A stretch of 64,000 bases of DNA, from assembly GCA_963674705.1 (NCBI GenBank), contig OY771506.1:1152001-1216000 (forward strand), in the 5' to 3' direction. The notes beneath the pieces were generated by a model. It saw only the letters and a list, made by a program, of their open reading frames with translations. It was not told where the DNA came from and did no database searches. Of the stretch, positions 49,745 through 60,065 are shown piece by piece. Origin of the DNA: Phycisphaeraceae bacterium. Its GTDB lineage: Bacteria > Planctomycetota > Phycisphaerae > Phycisphaerales > Phycisphaeraceae. Position numbers and translations under genes: made by a program. The stretch's first letter is position 1; every line of letters starts with the position of its first letter.

Positions 49745-51067
49745 ATGTCGATTGAGATCACCATGCCACGCCTCTCGGACACCATGGAAGAGGGAACGCT
49801 GGTCAAATGGCGGGTCAAACCCGGTGATGAGGTTGCCTCCGGAGACCACCTGGCGGACGTCGAGACCGATAAGGCGACGATGGAGCTTCAGGCGTTCGAT
49901 GATGGCAAGGTAGCGGCCTTGGCGGTCGAGGAAGGCGATACGGTGCCCGTCGGCAGCCCGATCCTGGTGCTGGCTGAGGACGGGGAATCCCTGGACGACG
50001 CGGCAGCGGCCTTGGATGGGGCGTCAGTAAGTTCTGGTGGGGACTCCGCCTCGGTTGCGGCGTCTGAAGGTGGCGTGGCAGTCGCGGACCCACCCCAAAC
50101 AGATACGGCGACCACCATCTCGGGCAGGCCGTCCGAATCGACCGGAAGCCGGCTGCGTGTCAGCCCGGTGGCGAGAAAGATCGCTGAAGAGCACGGTGTT
50201 GATGTGACCGTTCTGAAAGGCACGGGGCCTGACGGGCGGATCATCAAGCGGGACGTGCTGGCGGTGGTTGAGGGGCAATCAACTCAGGCCGCCGCCCCGG
50301 CGCCGACCCAGGCCGCTAAAGCGAAAGCCGCGACGACACCGAGCGTGCCCGTGGCAGCGGTCGGGATGGAAGCCAAGACGATCAATCTCACGAACATGCG
50401 TAAGACGATCGCCCGTCGGCTGGTCGAGTCCAAGACGACGGTCCCCCACTTCCAGGTCTCGATGTCCATCAACATGGATCCGTTGATGGATCTGCGTAAG
50501 ACGCTCAATGTTCAGCTCGAAGCTCAAGGTGTGAAGCTCTCGGTCAATGACTTCATTACCCGGGCGACGGCGCTGGCATGCCTGAGCCATCCGGCGGCCA
50601 ACAGCTCGTGGAACGGTGACACGATCATCCAGCACGGGACGGTGAATGTCGGTGTGGCGGTGTCGCTGCCGGAAGAACGCGGCGGCGGACTGGTGGTGCC
50701 GGTGATCCGCGATGCACAGAACAAGGGTCTGCGCCAGATCAGCGAAGAAACCAAGCGATTAGCCAAGAAGGCGCGTGAGACCGGCCTGAGCCCCGAGGAG
50801 ATGGCCGACGGCACGATTACGCTGAGCAACCTCGGGATGTATGGCGTGGATCAGTTCACCGCGATCATCAATCCACCGCAGTCTGTGATCCTGGCGGTAG
50901 GCGGCGCGATCGAGAAGCCGGTCGTGCGTGATGGTCAGATCGTGGTCGGCCACGTAATGAGCGCGACGCTTTCAGGCGACCACCGCGTGATAGACGGCGC
51001 CCAAGGCGCGGAATATCTCGCCAGCTTCAAGCAGTTGCTGGAAAACCCGGCGTCGTTGCTTGTGTAA
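49745..51067 (+). CDS. pdhC: Dihydrolipoamide acetyltransferase (E2), single lipoyl domain
   Basis: MPRLSDTMEEG, VETDKA, SPVARK..G.G..GRI, SNLGMYG, DHRVIDGA. Confidence 0.95.
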   Translation: MSIEITMPRLSDTMEEGTLVKWRVKPGDEVASGDHLADVETDKATMELQAFDDGKVAALAVEEGDTVPVGSPILVLAEDGESLDDAAAALDGASVSSGGDSASVAASEGGVAVADPPQTDTATTISGRPSESTGSRLRVSPVARKIAEEHGVDVTVLKGTGPDGRIIKRDVLAVVEGQSTQAAAPAPTQAAKAKAATTPSVPVAAVGMEAKTINLTNMRKTIARRLVESKTTVPHFQVSMSINMDPLMDLRKTLNVQLEAQGVKLSVNDFITRATALACLSHPAANSSWNGDTIIQHGTVNVGVAVSLPEERGGGLVVPVIRDAQNKGLRQISEETKRLAKKARETGLSPEEMADGTITLSNLGMYGVDQFTAIINPPQSVILAVGGAIEKPVVRDGQIVVGHVMSATLSGDHRVIDGAQGAEYLASFKQLLENPASLLV

Positions 51068-51097
51068 CACTTTCCGGACCTGCCGGACAGATCATTA

Positions 51098-51871
51098 TCA
51101 GGCCGCGGAATCGTGCTGGTTGATGACGCCGGCCGGTGCATGTTGCTTTTCGTCTCGCTCCAGTCGAAGTATGACGGGCGAGCCGAAGGCGTATGTGAGA
51201 CCCAAGGCGTGGCTGGTGGCCTCCATGGCGTGTGAGAGGCCGGGGCGCTTCAGTGCGCGGTGCACGACCATGGGCCAGAAGAACTGTCGCCGTCGACCAT
51301 GCGGGATAAAGCCGTGTGCTTTGGTGACGGCGCTGATCTGCCTTGTGGAGAAACACCGGTACCAGCGGGTATTGCCTTCGATCTTCTTTTTCAAGCCGAA
51401 GAGCAGTTTCTCAACGAAGTTCACACTGAACAACGTGGGGTAATCAATAATGACAGCGTGTCGGGCGACACGTGTGGCTTCTGCGAGGAAGCGCGGATAG
51501 TCCTCGACGTGAGCCATCAGCCGTAAGGCAATGACGGTGTCGAAAGACTGGTCCTCGTAAGGCAGGTTCAGCAGGTCGCCGGTGTGGAAGGTGAATCGCT
51601 GGTGGTCGAGGAACGGTGTAAGCCGGTGGGCGCAGCTTGGGTCGCTGCCCATCACGGTCAGGTTGTAGTCGTGATCCAATAGCGACCCGGCCAATTGTGC
51701 ATGGCCGCCGCCCAACTCGAGGATGTGTTTGCCCGGGCAGTCTTGCAGCAGGTTATGCACGGCCTTCCATTGGACATCCAGCAGCCAGGTACCGACGGGT
51801 CCGGTAAACCGACGGGCGTAGTCGTCGGTTGATGTTTCGATATCCGGGGTTTCTCGCTGGATCGTTTCCAA
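51098..51871 (-). CDS. Class I SAM-dependent methyltransferase
   Basis: ILELGGGHA, GDLLNLPYEDQSFDTV, H. Confidence 0.85.
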   Translation of the reverse strand: METIQRETPDIETSTDDYARRFTGPVGTWLLDVQWKAVHNLLQDCPGKHILELGGGHAQLAGSLLDHDYNLTVMGSDPSCAHRLTPFLDHQRFTFHTGDLLNLPYEDQSFDTVIALRLMAHVEDYPRFLAEATRVARHAVIIDYPTLFSVNFVEKLLFGLKKKIEGNTRWYRCFSTRQISAVTKAHGFIPHGRRRQFFWPMVVHRALKRPGLSHAMEATSHALGLTYAFGSPVILRLERDEKQHAPAGVINQHDSAA

Positions 51872-51977
51872 GGTTATTTCTCGTAGCCGGCCGGCGTTGT
51901 ATGCGATCGGTGGTTTGTCGGCTGGTTCATATCATCATAGCACACGCACCAGTCAAGCCGCCAAGAAATATATCGCG

Positions 51978-53510
51978 TCATGAAGCCTTGGACATGCTCG
52001 GGTATTGGGTGAATGTAACTTGCCCGTTGGCGGCACGTTTGCTGATGTACATGGCTTCATCTGCTGCGGCGATCAGGTCGTTGATCAGGGTTTGTTTACC
52101 GGGGTTGTTACAGATCGTGGCCCCGATGCTCAGGCGGAGTGTGGCTTGTCTGTTTTGGCCCAGGTGCACAGTTTTACCGTTGCATGCCGCGGCAACACGC
52201 TCGATGATGTTTCTTGCTGTTTCTTCGTCAACGTTAAGCTGAAGGATGGCGAACTCGTCACCCCCAAGCCGACCGAACAGGTCGCTGGAGTCGATGTTGT
52301 TCCGGATCTGCTTGGCGACTTCTATAAGCATAATGTCGCCGGCGTCGTGGCCGAGTGTATCGTTGATGGCTTTGAAGCCGTCCAGGTCGATCATGACCGC
52401 ACAGATTGGCAGGCAACGTTCCGTGGCGGTATGTATCCGGCGTTCACCGAGGCGGTTGAAGCCGCGCCGGTTGAGCACCTGGGTCAGCGGATCGGTCATC
52501 GCCTCGAACTGCAAGGCGTGCAGTTGTTCGTGCTTACGGGTCAGTTGGGCTTCCAACTCACAAAGCTGGTGGACCATGCTGGCGGTGTCTACTTCAAGTT
52601 CATAAAGCATGCGCTGCCGGGTTGCCTCATCGATCCGGACCGAGGGGGCGGCGCCGTGAACTTCACGGGCCTGTTTCACAGCCTGCTTGATCATCTGTTC
52701 GGGGGAATCGAACATGGTGTCGAGGAACTGGCTGTGCGTTGCGGTCAACCATTCCATGCGATCCGGCGTCATGGTTTCGCAGTTGTGAGGCAGCATTCCC
52801 GCGATAAGGTTGCCCAGGTTAGAACCGGAGTAATCGTTCTGCGACAGCAACGGCTGATGATGGTTGAGTACCTCTTCGCATATCAGTGGAGATGCGTTCC
52901 ATGATTGCAACAGGTGATTGGCTGCCTGGGCGTGGTCAATGCCGAAGTGTTCCTGCTCGCGGATCGACAGCGGGTTCTGGTGGCGGTGATTCACACTCAC
53001 TTGCTCGTAGAACTGTGGATCGATTGCCACCAAAGCGGTGAGCCCGATGTCCTGGATCAATCCGAGCGTGTATGCGCGGTCGGCTTCCCGGGGATCGACT
53101 GCTTCGGCGACGAGTTTGGCGAGGTGTGCCTTTTCGAGGCTGTTGATCCATATCCGGTGCGCGACCTCCAGGTCGATCCCGCTGTCTTTGGAGAGCATAT
53201 GCAACCCGAAAGCCATCGCAATCGAACGGGCACGGCCTGCGCCCATGTGCAGGACAGCGCGACGGATATCGCTGATCTCACCGACCACCCCGATCGCAGC
53301 CGAATTGGTTACGCTCAGCACACGCGCGGACAACGTTGAGGATTGCATCAGGGCCTGCGTGACACGCTCGGGGTTGTCCGGTGGCGCCTCAAGCAGTGTC
53401 AGCAGCGGCCCGGGTTGGACATCCAGCCGATCCAGGCGCTGCAACGTCGAACACGCCAGGTTCCGCGGGTTGTCCGGGCTGCGGTCAGATTCGCTCTCGC
53501 GATTTTCCAT
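51978..53510 (-). CDS. HDOD-domain diguanylate cyclase
   Basis: HDOD (L...NSA, GLIQDIG, E...FGIDH, W, HH); TDPLT.VLNRR, IDLDGFK.IND.LGH..GD, RLGGDEF; start ATG 53510. Confidence 0.9.
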   Translation of the reverse strand: MENRESESDRSPDNPRNLACSTLQRLDRLDVQPGPLLTLLEAPPDNPERVTQALMQSSTLSARVLSVTNSAAIGVVGEISDIRRAVLHMGAGRARSIAMAFGLHMLSKDSGIDLEVAHRIWINSLEKAHLAKLVAEAVDPREADRAYTLGLIQDIGLTALVAIDPQFYEQVSVNHRHQNPLSIREQEHFGIDHAQAANHLLQSWNASPLICEEVLNHHQPLLSQNDYSGSNLGNLIAGMLPHNCETMTPDRMEWLTATHSQFLDTMFDSPEQMIKQAVKQAREVHGAAPSVRIDEATRQRMLYELEVDTASMVHQLCELEAQLTRKHEQLHALQFEAMTDPLTQVLNRRGFNRLGERRIHTATERCLPICAVMIDLDGFKAINDTLGHDAGDIMLIEVAKQIRNNIDSSDLFGRLGGDEFAILQLNVDEETARNIIERVAAACNGKTVHLGQNRQATLRLSIGATICNNPGKQTLINDLIAAADEAMYISKRAANGQVTFTQYPSMSKAS

Positions 53511-53626
53511 GATGTTTTTACACAAATCCTGTGTCAATGGCGGGCATGAAATACATTGCCCTATCTGCCTATGAATCGACAAGATAGCTTTGTAAATGAA
53601 GTAATTACCCGGATATTCCCGCCCGA

Positions 53627-54343
53627 TTAAGTGCCTTCTTGGGCGTGTTCTCGGGCCCTGAGCAGGACGCTGTACAGCATATCGGACGTGAGTCGGCCGG
53701 TGAATGTGTTTTGTTGGCTGGGGTGGTAGCAACAGCCCAAAAGCGGCGCGTTATCGAACCTGTACCAGGTATCGTGGCCAAAGGGGTATTGATTGATCTT
53801 CTGGAGGTGTCCAAGCCTCTGGTAAATCCCAAGCACCGAGCGGTGTGCGATGCCCCCCAGCGAGAGTACGACCCGGAGTTGAGTTAGTGCCTTAAACGTT
53901 CTGTCCAGGTACTCACTACAGTTGTGAAGCTCCTGATTGGTGGGTTTGTTATCCGGCGGAGCGCAGTGGCCTGCTGCGGTGATGACCGTATCGATCAGCT
54001 CAAGTCCGTCGCCCTGACCCGTTGATTCTGCCCGGTTAGAGAATCCTGCCCGGTGCATCGCGCTGAAGAGAAAGTCCCCCGAGCGGTCGCCGGTGAACAT
54101 CCGCCCGGTCCGGTTAGCTCCCTGCGCGCCCGGAGACAAGCCCACGATCAAAAGCCTGGCAGATCCGGGGTCATCTGAATCAGAGGGCAGGAAGTTGGGT
54201 ACGGGCTTGCCCCAATATGTTTGGTTTTTGTACCTGGCGGTCTTCTGTTTGGCGACACGTTGGCAGTGTTCAACCAGGCGTGGGCAGCGCCGACAGCGTG
54301 TGATGGCGTTATTTAGCACGATCAGTGGTGGTCTGCGTGACAT
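53627..54343 (-). CDS. udgB: Uracil-DNA glycosylase family 5 (UdgB-like, Fe-S)
   Basis: C..CPRL, YWGKPVP, GLSPGAQGANRTGRMFTGDRSG, CAPPDNKP, YHPSQQN. Confidence 0.85.
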   Translation of the reverse strand: MSRRPPLIVLNNAITRCRRCPRLVEHCQRVAKQKTARYKNQTYWGKPVPNFLPSDSDDPGSARLLIVGLSPGAQGANRTGRMFTGDRSGDFLFSAMHRAGFSNRAESTGQGDGLELIDTVITAAGHCAPPDNKPTNQELHNCSEYLDRTFKALTQLRVVLSLGGIAHRSVLGIYQRLGHLQKINQYPFGHDTWYRFDNAPLLGCCYHPSQQNTFTGRLTSDMLYSVLLRAREHAQEGT

Positions 54344-54493
54344 ATGGGGATTTTAACGAGGGTTCGTGTCTTGCTGGTTGCGCAATGTATGACTCCCGCC
54401 AGAGTGTTCAGGCGGACGATTATCGGTAATCCATCTCATCCGAGCTCATGAAGTCGCCGAAGTTACCCGCAGCAATCCTATTTGGGGATCGTT

Positions 54494-55222
54494 ATGCGCT
54501 GGTTGATTAACTGTATGACATGTGTGATGGTCGCCGTGATCGTGGTCGCGGCGATCGGCCATCAGCGCGCGATCAAGCACGACGAACTGAAAATGCGGAC
54601 CGTTCACCACGGCCTGGATCAGTTTGGTGAACAGCTTGCGCTGCAGGGGGTGCTCTGGCAGAGCGAGAATGAAGAGGCCGGGGCGTATCCGCCGCAAGTC
54701 ATGCCCGAATGGTTCAACCAGAACGTGCCTAACAACCCGTTCCTTTCCGAGGATCGGCCCTGGATCGATATCGCGCCGGCCGACGACTACAACGAACACC
54801 CGCCGGACCCCCTGGTTGACGCTGGTAACCAGGCTGCGTTCTGGTACAACCCGAACAACGGCATCGTCCGCGCCCGTGTGCCGAGGCAGGTTTCCGACCG
54901 GTTGACGCTGTCGCTGTATAACTCGATCAATCACACCGGGCTGTCTGCACTGCCGCACGACAATGATCCTGACCGTGTGCCGTTGGCGTTCAACCCCAAC
55001 CCGGTGACGACCGGCCGACATGCCAGCCCCTACAAGCTGATCACCGGCAGAGTGACGGCGATGGATTCCGAAGCTGCCCCCGATGACGCCGAATCATCTG
55101 CTGCTAAGCAGGACCAAGTGCCTTGGTATGAGAAACGGGTCGTGCCTGAAGAGCCTGTCGAGACGGTGACCGAGGTCGAGACGGAATCTGATCAGAAGCG
55201 GCCCTCGCTTCTGGGCCAGTAG
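54494..55222 (+). CDS. Pilin-like membrane-anchored hypothetical protein
   Basis: N-terminal hydrophobic helix, G.YP, VPNNP, FWYNPNNG..RA; no GFTLIE motif. Confidence 0.7.
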   Translation: MRWLINCMTCVMVAVIVVAAIGHQRAIKHDELKMRTVHHGLDQFGEQLALQGVLWQSENEEAGAYPPQVMPEWFNQNVPNNPFLSEDRPWIDIAPADDYNEHPPDPLVDAGNQAAFWYNPNNGIVRARVPRQVSDRLTLSLYNSINHTGLSALPHDNDPDRVPLAFNPNPVTTGRHASPYKLITGRVTAMDSEAAPDDAESSAAKQDQVPWYEKRVVPEEPVETVTEVETESDQKRPSLLGQ

Positions 55223-55263
55223 CTTTCAGCCGCTGCCTTCGTTCTCTCGCTACAATCGGGGGT

Positions 55264-56490
55264 ATGACCCAGATTTATCACGAACAGCTATCCAACGGTC
55301 TGTGGCTGGTTGCTGAACCCAGCACCTCGGCCCAGTCGTTATCGATGACGTTGTTGACACCCGCCGGGGTCGCCAGTGAGCCCGAGGGGTCCCAAGGCGC
55401 CTCCGCCCTGCTCGAAGAGATGATCACCCGCGGCGCAGGTGGGCTTGATGCACGGGCCCACAGCGAGGCGTTGGATCAACTCGGTATTCAGCGGGGGACC
55501 AATGTCGAAACCCGTCACCTTCGACTAAGCGCCACCATGATCGCGGAGAAGCTCGACAAGGCGCTGCCATTGTTACTGAACATGGTGACCGCTCCGAATT
55601 TGTCGGATGCGTCTCTGGAACCGAGCCGGGACCTGGCGCTTCAGGCGATCCAGTCGTTGAATGATGAACCGCAGCAACAGGTCATGTTAAAACTACGCAG
55701 CCAGCACCACCCCGCGCCGCTCGGGCGATCACCCTATGGCACGGAGGCCGGGGTCAAACAAGTTACGGCTGACGGCCTGCGTGAATTCTGGCGCACGACC
55801 TGCGTGCCCGATGGCTCGATCCTGAGTTTTGCCGGCAAACTCGACTGGCCTAAGCTGCGAGATCTTGTCAATCAGCATGTCGACGGCTGGCAAGGCAAAC
55901 ACGAAGAGTTACAGTCGGCCGATAGCGGTCCGCGTGGTTACGCCCACGACAAAGCGGAGACCGCGCAGGTGCATATCGCACTGGCATACGACGCGGTACC
56001 CGAGCCGAATGAAAACAGCATCCTCCAGCGTGCGGCGGTGGCGGCGCTTTCCGGCGGGATGTCGGGGCGGCTTTTCACTGAGGTGCGCGAAAAACGCGGG
56101 CTGTGTTACTCGGTGTACGCCACCTATGCGGCGGGCAAGGACCGCGGTGCAGTGTTTGGTTATGCCGGCACGACCACACCACGTGCACAGGAGACGCTGG
56201 ATGTGATGGCCGGCGAACTACGTCGACTCAGCAAAGGCATCGACCAGAGTGAATTTGAACGCTCGATCGTCGGCATGAAGTCGCACCTTGTCATGCAAGG
56301 TGAATCAACCGGAGCGCGGGCCGGGGCAATCGCGGTAGATCAGTATGTGCTTGGTCGGCCGCGCACACTGGATGAACTGGCCGAACGCGTTGACAAGGTG
56401 ACACTGGAAGCACTCAACAACTTCTTGCACGAACAACCGCCGGGAGATTTTACGATAGCTACGATTGGACCGGAAGAATTGAAGGTGTAA
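55264..56490 (+). CDS. M16 (pitrilysin) family protein, probably a non-catalytic subunit
   Basis: LSNGL, GGMSGRLFTEVREKRGLCYSV; ALLEE where HxxEH is expected. Confidence 0.85.
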   Translation: MTQIYHEQLSNGLWLVAEPSTSAQSLSMTLLTPAGVASEPEGSQGASALLEEMITRGAGGLDARAHSEALDQLGIQRGTNVETRHLRLSATMIAEKLDKALPLLLNMVTAPNLSDASLEPSRDLALQAIQSLNDEPQQQVMLKLRSQHHPAPLGRSPYGTEAGVKQVTADGLREFWRTTCVPDGSILSFAGKLDWPKLRDLVNQHVDGWQGKHEELQSADSGPRGYAHDKAETAQVHIALAYDAVPEPNENSILQRAAVAALSGGMSGRLFTEVREKRGLCYSVYATYAAGKDRGAVFGYAGTTTPRAQETLDVMAGELRRLSKGIDQSEFERSIVGMKSHLVMQGESTGARAGAIAVDQYVLGRPRTLDELAERVDKVTLEALNNFLHEQPPGDFTIATIGPEELKV

Positions 56491-56528
56491 GAAAGGTTTT
56501 TGGTTATGCAACATACAGTGGGTGCAGT

Positions 56529-56728
56529 GATTTGAGATTAGCGATTTGCGATGCATGATTAAGAGACCCGGCCCTTCGCTTCGCTCAGAACCGGCGTTGG
56601 GAAGACCAAGCCATTAGCCTTTAGCTATTAGCCATTAGCACAAATCCTAAATCATCAATCCGAAATCATAAATACAATTCCCTACACCCTACACCCTACA
56701 CCCTACACCCTACACCCTACACCCTACC
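56529..56728. repeat. Composite repeat cluster: GATTnnn tract, REP-like element, AGCCATT tract, AATCnnn tract, then (CCCTACA)6+CCCTACC abutting the coaB ATG
   Basis: 56529-56560; 56566-56601; 56609-56639; 56643-56673; 56680-56728. Confidence 0.9.
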
Positions 56729-57370
56729 ATGCGCCTTCTCATCACAGCAGGACCTACCCGTGAACCGATCGATGCGGTGCGATTTATCAGTAACCGTTCG
56801 AGTGGGAAGATGGGGATCGCGATCGCAGAGGCGGCGGCGGATGCGGGCCATGATGTGACACTGTTACTCGGTCCCGTGCCGGTGCTTGATTCACTGTATG
56901 AGCGGATGCGGATCTACCGTTTCGGCTCATCGGCTGAATTGAAGCAGTTACTCGAAGCACACTTCCCGGATTGTGAGTTGCTGGTGATGGCGGCGGCGGT
57001 GGCGGATTACCGCGTGCAGCAGGTAACGGACGGCAAGATCAAACGCGAATCCAAAGCCGGCGGTGACAAGGATCTGACACTGCGATTGCAGCCAACGCCC
57101 GACCTGGTTGCAGCGGTGGCATCAACACGGCGGCCGGAACAAAAGATTGTTGCATTCGCGCTGGAAGAGCCCGGGGAACTCGAACAGCGCGCGGTAGCAA
57201 AAATGAAACGCAAGGGTGTCAACGCCATTGTCGCAAATCCCCTGGGCACCATGGACGGGGACCATATCACGCCATTATGGCTGACCGCGGACGGCGGACG
57301 TACCGAACCGGGTTCGATGCCCAAACCAGAATTCGCACGCTGGCTGGTAGAGCGGTTGGCCGCGTTATAG
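56729..57370 (+). CDS. coaB: Phosphopantothenoylcysteine synthetase (stand-alone CoaB domain)
   Basis: [39 protein letters not shown]...K...IVAN. Confidence 0.9.
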   Translation: MRLLITAGPTREPIDAVRFISNRSSGKMGIAIAEAAADAGHDVTLLLGPVPVLDSLYERMRIYRFGSSAELKQLLEAHFPDCELLVMAAAVADYRVQQVTDGKIKRESKAGGDKDLTLRLQPTPDLVAAVASTRRPEQKIVAFALEEPGELEQRAVAKMKRKGVNAIVANPLGTMDGDHITPLWLTADGGRTEPGSMPKPEFARWLVERLAAL

Positions 57371-57502
57371 TGCACTGCGATTGTGCAGTTTACACACGTA
57401 TTTAGCCGATTTTTCTTGAAGACGTGTCCCCGATGGGATACGCTTTAGTAGTTGGATTATTCGGGGGTGTGATGCCTCATTTCTATCAGGTGGGCCGACA
57501 AC

Positions 57503-58825
57503 ATGATGAACACCCATGTCGTACCTTGTCCGGCGTGTCAAACCCCGCTTAACGTCCCGCCCAGTGCGGGCGGCCGACGGGCCCGATGCCCCGCGTGCGG
57601 AGATCGTTTCATCATCCCGACGCGCACCGACCTGCTTGAAGACACCGTTTCGGGCTGGATCGAGCAGGATGTGGATGATGTGATCGATCACCGTGATCGC
57701 GAGTCAGATGAGCGGCAAGCCGAGATGCGGGCACAGGCTGCGGTCAAGGAAAAAGCGGAGCAAGCAAAGAATACCGAAACACTTGAGGAAGTCCCTTCCG
57801 GCGAGACGATCGTCGGCGTGCCGTTTGAACGACAGGAGAAACCTGTCTTGCAACCGCGCCCTGTTCCCGCGGCGCCTCGTCCAAGCATCAAGCCGACACA
57901 CATACACGATGAAGAGGATGAAGAAAGCGAATATCCACGCAACCTGCGCACGGACCCGAAGAGCCCGCACCTGGTCGTGCTCAAGTGCGGTAGCACTGGC
58001 GTGCGTTTTGCATTCGATGCCAAATGGCTTTCGCATGAAGGATTCCGCTCGTCGATGCCGACGCGCTGCGTTTATTCGGGTATTGCGGAACGCGCCAAGC
58101 TGATCTCCCGGCCGTTCGTGTTTGTCGATCGAACGCGGGGCGGAACGATCGATGCCGCTGAGATCAGTTCACATCACGACATCCGAAGCCTTGGCGATGC
58201 GGGACCAAGACAGATCATGCAGATGATGGGCACGATTGAGGGGATGCCCAATCCATTCCTGTACACGATGCCATACTACATCAGCACGCGCTACGCCAAC
58301 AAGATCGTGCACTGCATGACGCGGGATCGACCCAGCGGTGGGATTACCTGCGAGGTTGTGATCCCCGATGCGGTTTGTGCGCTCGAGTGGCTTTCGCGCG
58401 TCAATGGCGTATGTGGCAAGGAATACGAACTGCTTGAACGCGACACGTCTCTGTTGCATGGCGACAGATTCCAGGAGTTGTCGGAGATATGTCGGTCGCG
58501 CATCCAGAGTTGGTGCAAGCTGAGGCCACACGAGGTGTTTCAGGAGTATCTCAGTGATGCGGACTTCGGCCGGCTGGACGAGGGGCTTGCCGGTGTGATC
58601 ATCACCGATCAGCGTGTGGTCTATTGCAAGTACCACCACCGCGGCCAGGTCCGCCTGGACAGCGAGGAGGCAATGATCGTCATCAAGCCCGACGGCCGGT
58701 TCTACAGCCTGTCACTCGAGACCGGCAGCGAACGGGCCCGCATGTGTAAGCTGCATAAGGCGGACATCCCCAAGCTGGAGACAGCAATCGGCAAAGACGC
58801 TGCGTTGAAGGTTTTAGTGCGATAG
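57503..58825 (+). CDS. Zinc-ribbon-domain hypothetical protein
   Basis: N-terminal CPAC-x16-CPAC; acidic linker; C-terminal GVIITDQRVVY. Confidence 0.75.
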   Translation: MMNTHVVPCPACQTPLNVPPSAGGRRARCPACGDRFIIPTRTDLLEDTVSGWIEQDVDDVIDHRDRESDERQAEMRAQAAVKEKAEQAKNTETLEEVPSGETIVGVPFERQEKPVLQPRPVPAAPRPSIKPTHIHDEEDEESEYPRNLRTDPKSPHLVVLKCGSTGVRFAFDAKWLSHEGFRSSMPTRCVYSGIAERAKLISRPFVFVDRTRGGTIDAAEISSHHDIRSLGDAGPRQIMQMMGTIEGMPNPFLYTMPYYISTRYANKIVHCMTRDRPSGGITCEVVIPDAVCALEWLSRVNGVCGKEYELLERDTSLLHGDRFQELSEICRSRIQSWCKLRPHEVFQEYLSDADFGRLDEGLAGVIITDQRVVYCKYHHRGQVRLDSEEAMIVIKPDGRFYSLSLETGSERARMCKLHKADIPKLETAIGKDAALKVLVR

Positions 58826-59025
58826 CAGTATGAGGCGAGTCATTGTTTCGAACGCGCAGGCTGGCAGCCTGCGGCTGTTACTTTTTATTGTTCTTCTTCA
58901 ACTTCTACGCTTCGGCACATCATGCCGGCCGGCTCGACTTGCGTTTCCCGTACGCGCCCGCCTACTCTATCCGGGTATCCAGATGTCTCGATCTCATTTT
59001 TCTAGGTTGCGTGAAGGAGCTTGAC

Positions 59026-59964
59026 GTGCGACGAACTCTCACCTCTCTATCGGCAGTCTGTCTGATCATCATCGCGGCGGTTACCCAACAGGCCTTGGCA
59101 CAGACGATGCCATCGGTCAACCTCGGGTTTACAAGCTTCCTGGACGGCGGCCCGCCGGCCGGACCGGGTATCTACTACCAGCAGTACGCTCAGTACTTCT
59201 CATCCGACACGTTCCGCGACGCGGATGGAAATGAACTGGATTACGATGTAGATGTTTTCGTGAGTTTGAACCAGTTCATCTATCAGTCCGATCAGCCTAT
59301 CTTCATGGATGGCAAGTGGGGTATCGATCTGATCGTCCCCGTGGTGCACCTGGACGGCGAAGGCACGTTGCCGCCACTGCGCGACAACGGCACGGGCCTC
59401 GGTGACCTGCTCGTTGGCCCGTTCATCCAGTGGGACCCGATCATGGGCGACAACGGCCCGGTCTTTATGCACCGCTTCGAGTTCCAGATCATCATGCCGA
59501 CCGGTAAGTATGATGCCGACCACGAACTCAATCCCGGATCGAATCACTTCTCGTTGAATCCGTACTGGGCCTGCACCTGGTTCTTCGCACCGGGATGGAC
59601 TACTTCGGCGCGTATCCACTACCTATACAACTTCGAGAACGACGACCCGAGCAATCGGTTGTATCCCACGGCCGATGACGTGCAGGCCGGCCAGGCGATC
59701 CACGCCAACTTTGCCGTGGCGTACGAACTGATCGAGAAGAAACTCCGCGTCGGTCTGAACGGTTACTACCTCGAACAGATCACTAAGAGCAAAGTCGATG
59801 GCTCCAAGATCGATGCGGAGGAAAGAGTGCTAGGCCTGGGCCCCGGCGCCGTCTGGCACATCTCGCAGGATGACCACCTGTTCTTCAACCTGTACTTCGA
59901 GACCGAAGCAGAGAACCGTCCGGAAGGCACGCGTGCCCAGATCCGCTGGACACACCACTTCTGA
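59026..59964 (+). CDS. SphA / MetA-pathway-type outer-membrane channel
   Basis: AAGGAG SD + GTG; signal peptide; [33 protein letters not shown]-terminal Phe. Confidence 0.85.
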   Translation: MRRTLTSLSAVCLIIIAAVTQQALAQTMPSVNLGFTSFLDGGPPAGPGIYYQQYAQYFSSDTFRDADGNELDYDVDVFVSLNQFIYQSDQPIFMDGKWGIDLIVPVVHLDGEGTLPPLRDNGTGLGDLLVGPFIQWDPIMGDNGPVFMHRFEFQIIMPTGKYDADHELNPGSNHFSLNPYWACTWFFAPGWTTSARIHYLYNFENDDPSNRLYPTADDVQAGQAIHANFAVAYELIEKKLRVGLNGYYLEQITKSKVDGSKIDAEERVLGLGPGAVWHISQDDHLFFNLYFETEAENRPEGTRAQIRWTHHF

Positions 59965-60009
59965 TCCCAGGGCAGGCACCCCCGCCGACCGGCACCCCTA
60001 CTATTTACC

Positions 60010-60042
60010 GAAGCCCACGTTCATCGAACGTGGGCTTCTTTG
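60010..60042. terminator. Intrinsic terminator between convergent genes
   Basis: Perfect 13-bp stem GAAGCCCACGTTC / GAACGTGGGCTTC. Confidence 0.8.
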
Positions 60043-60065
60043 TTCATGAGTGAGTGAATACGGAA

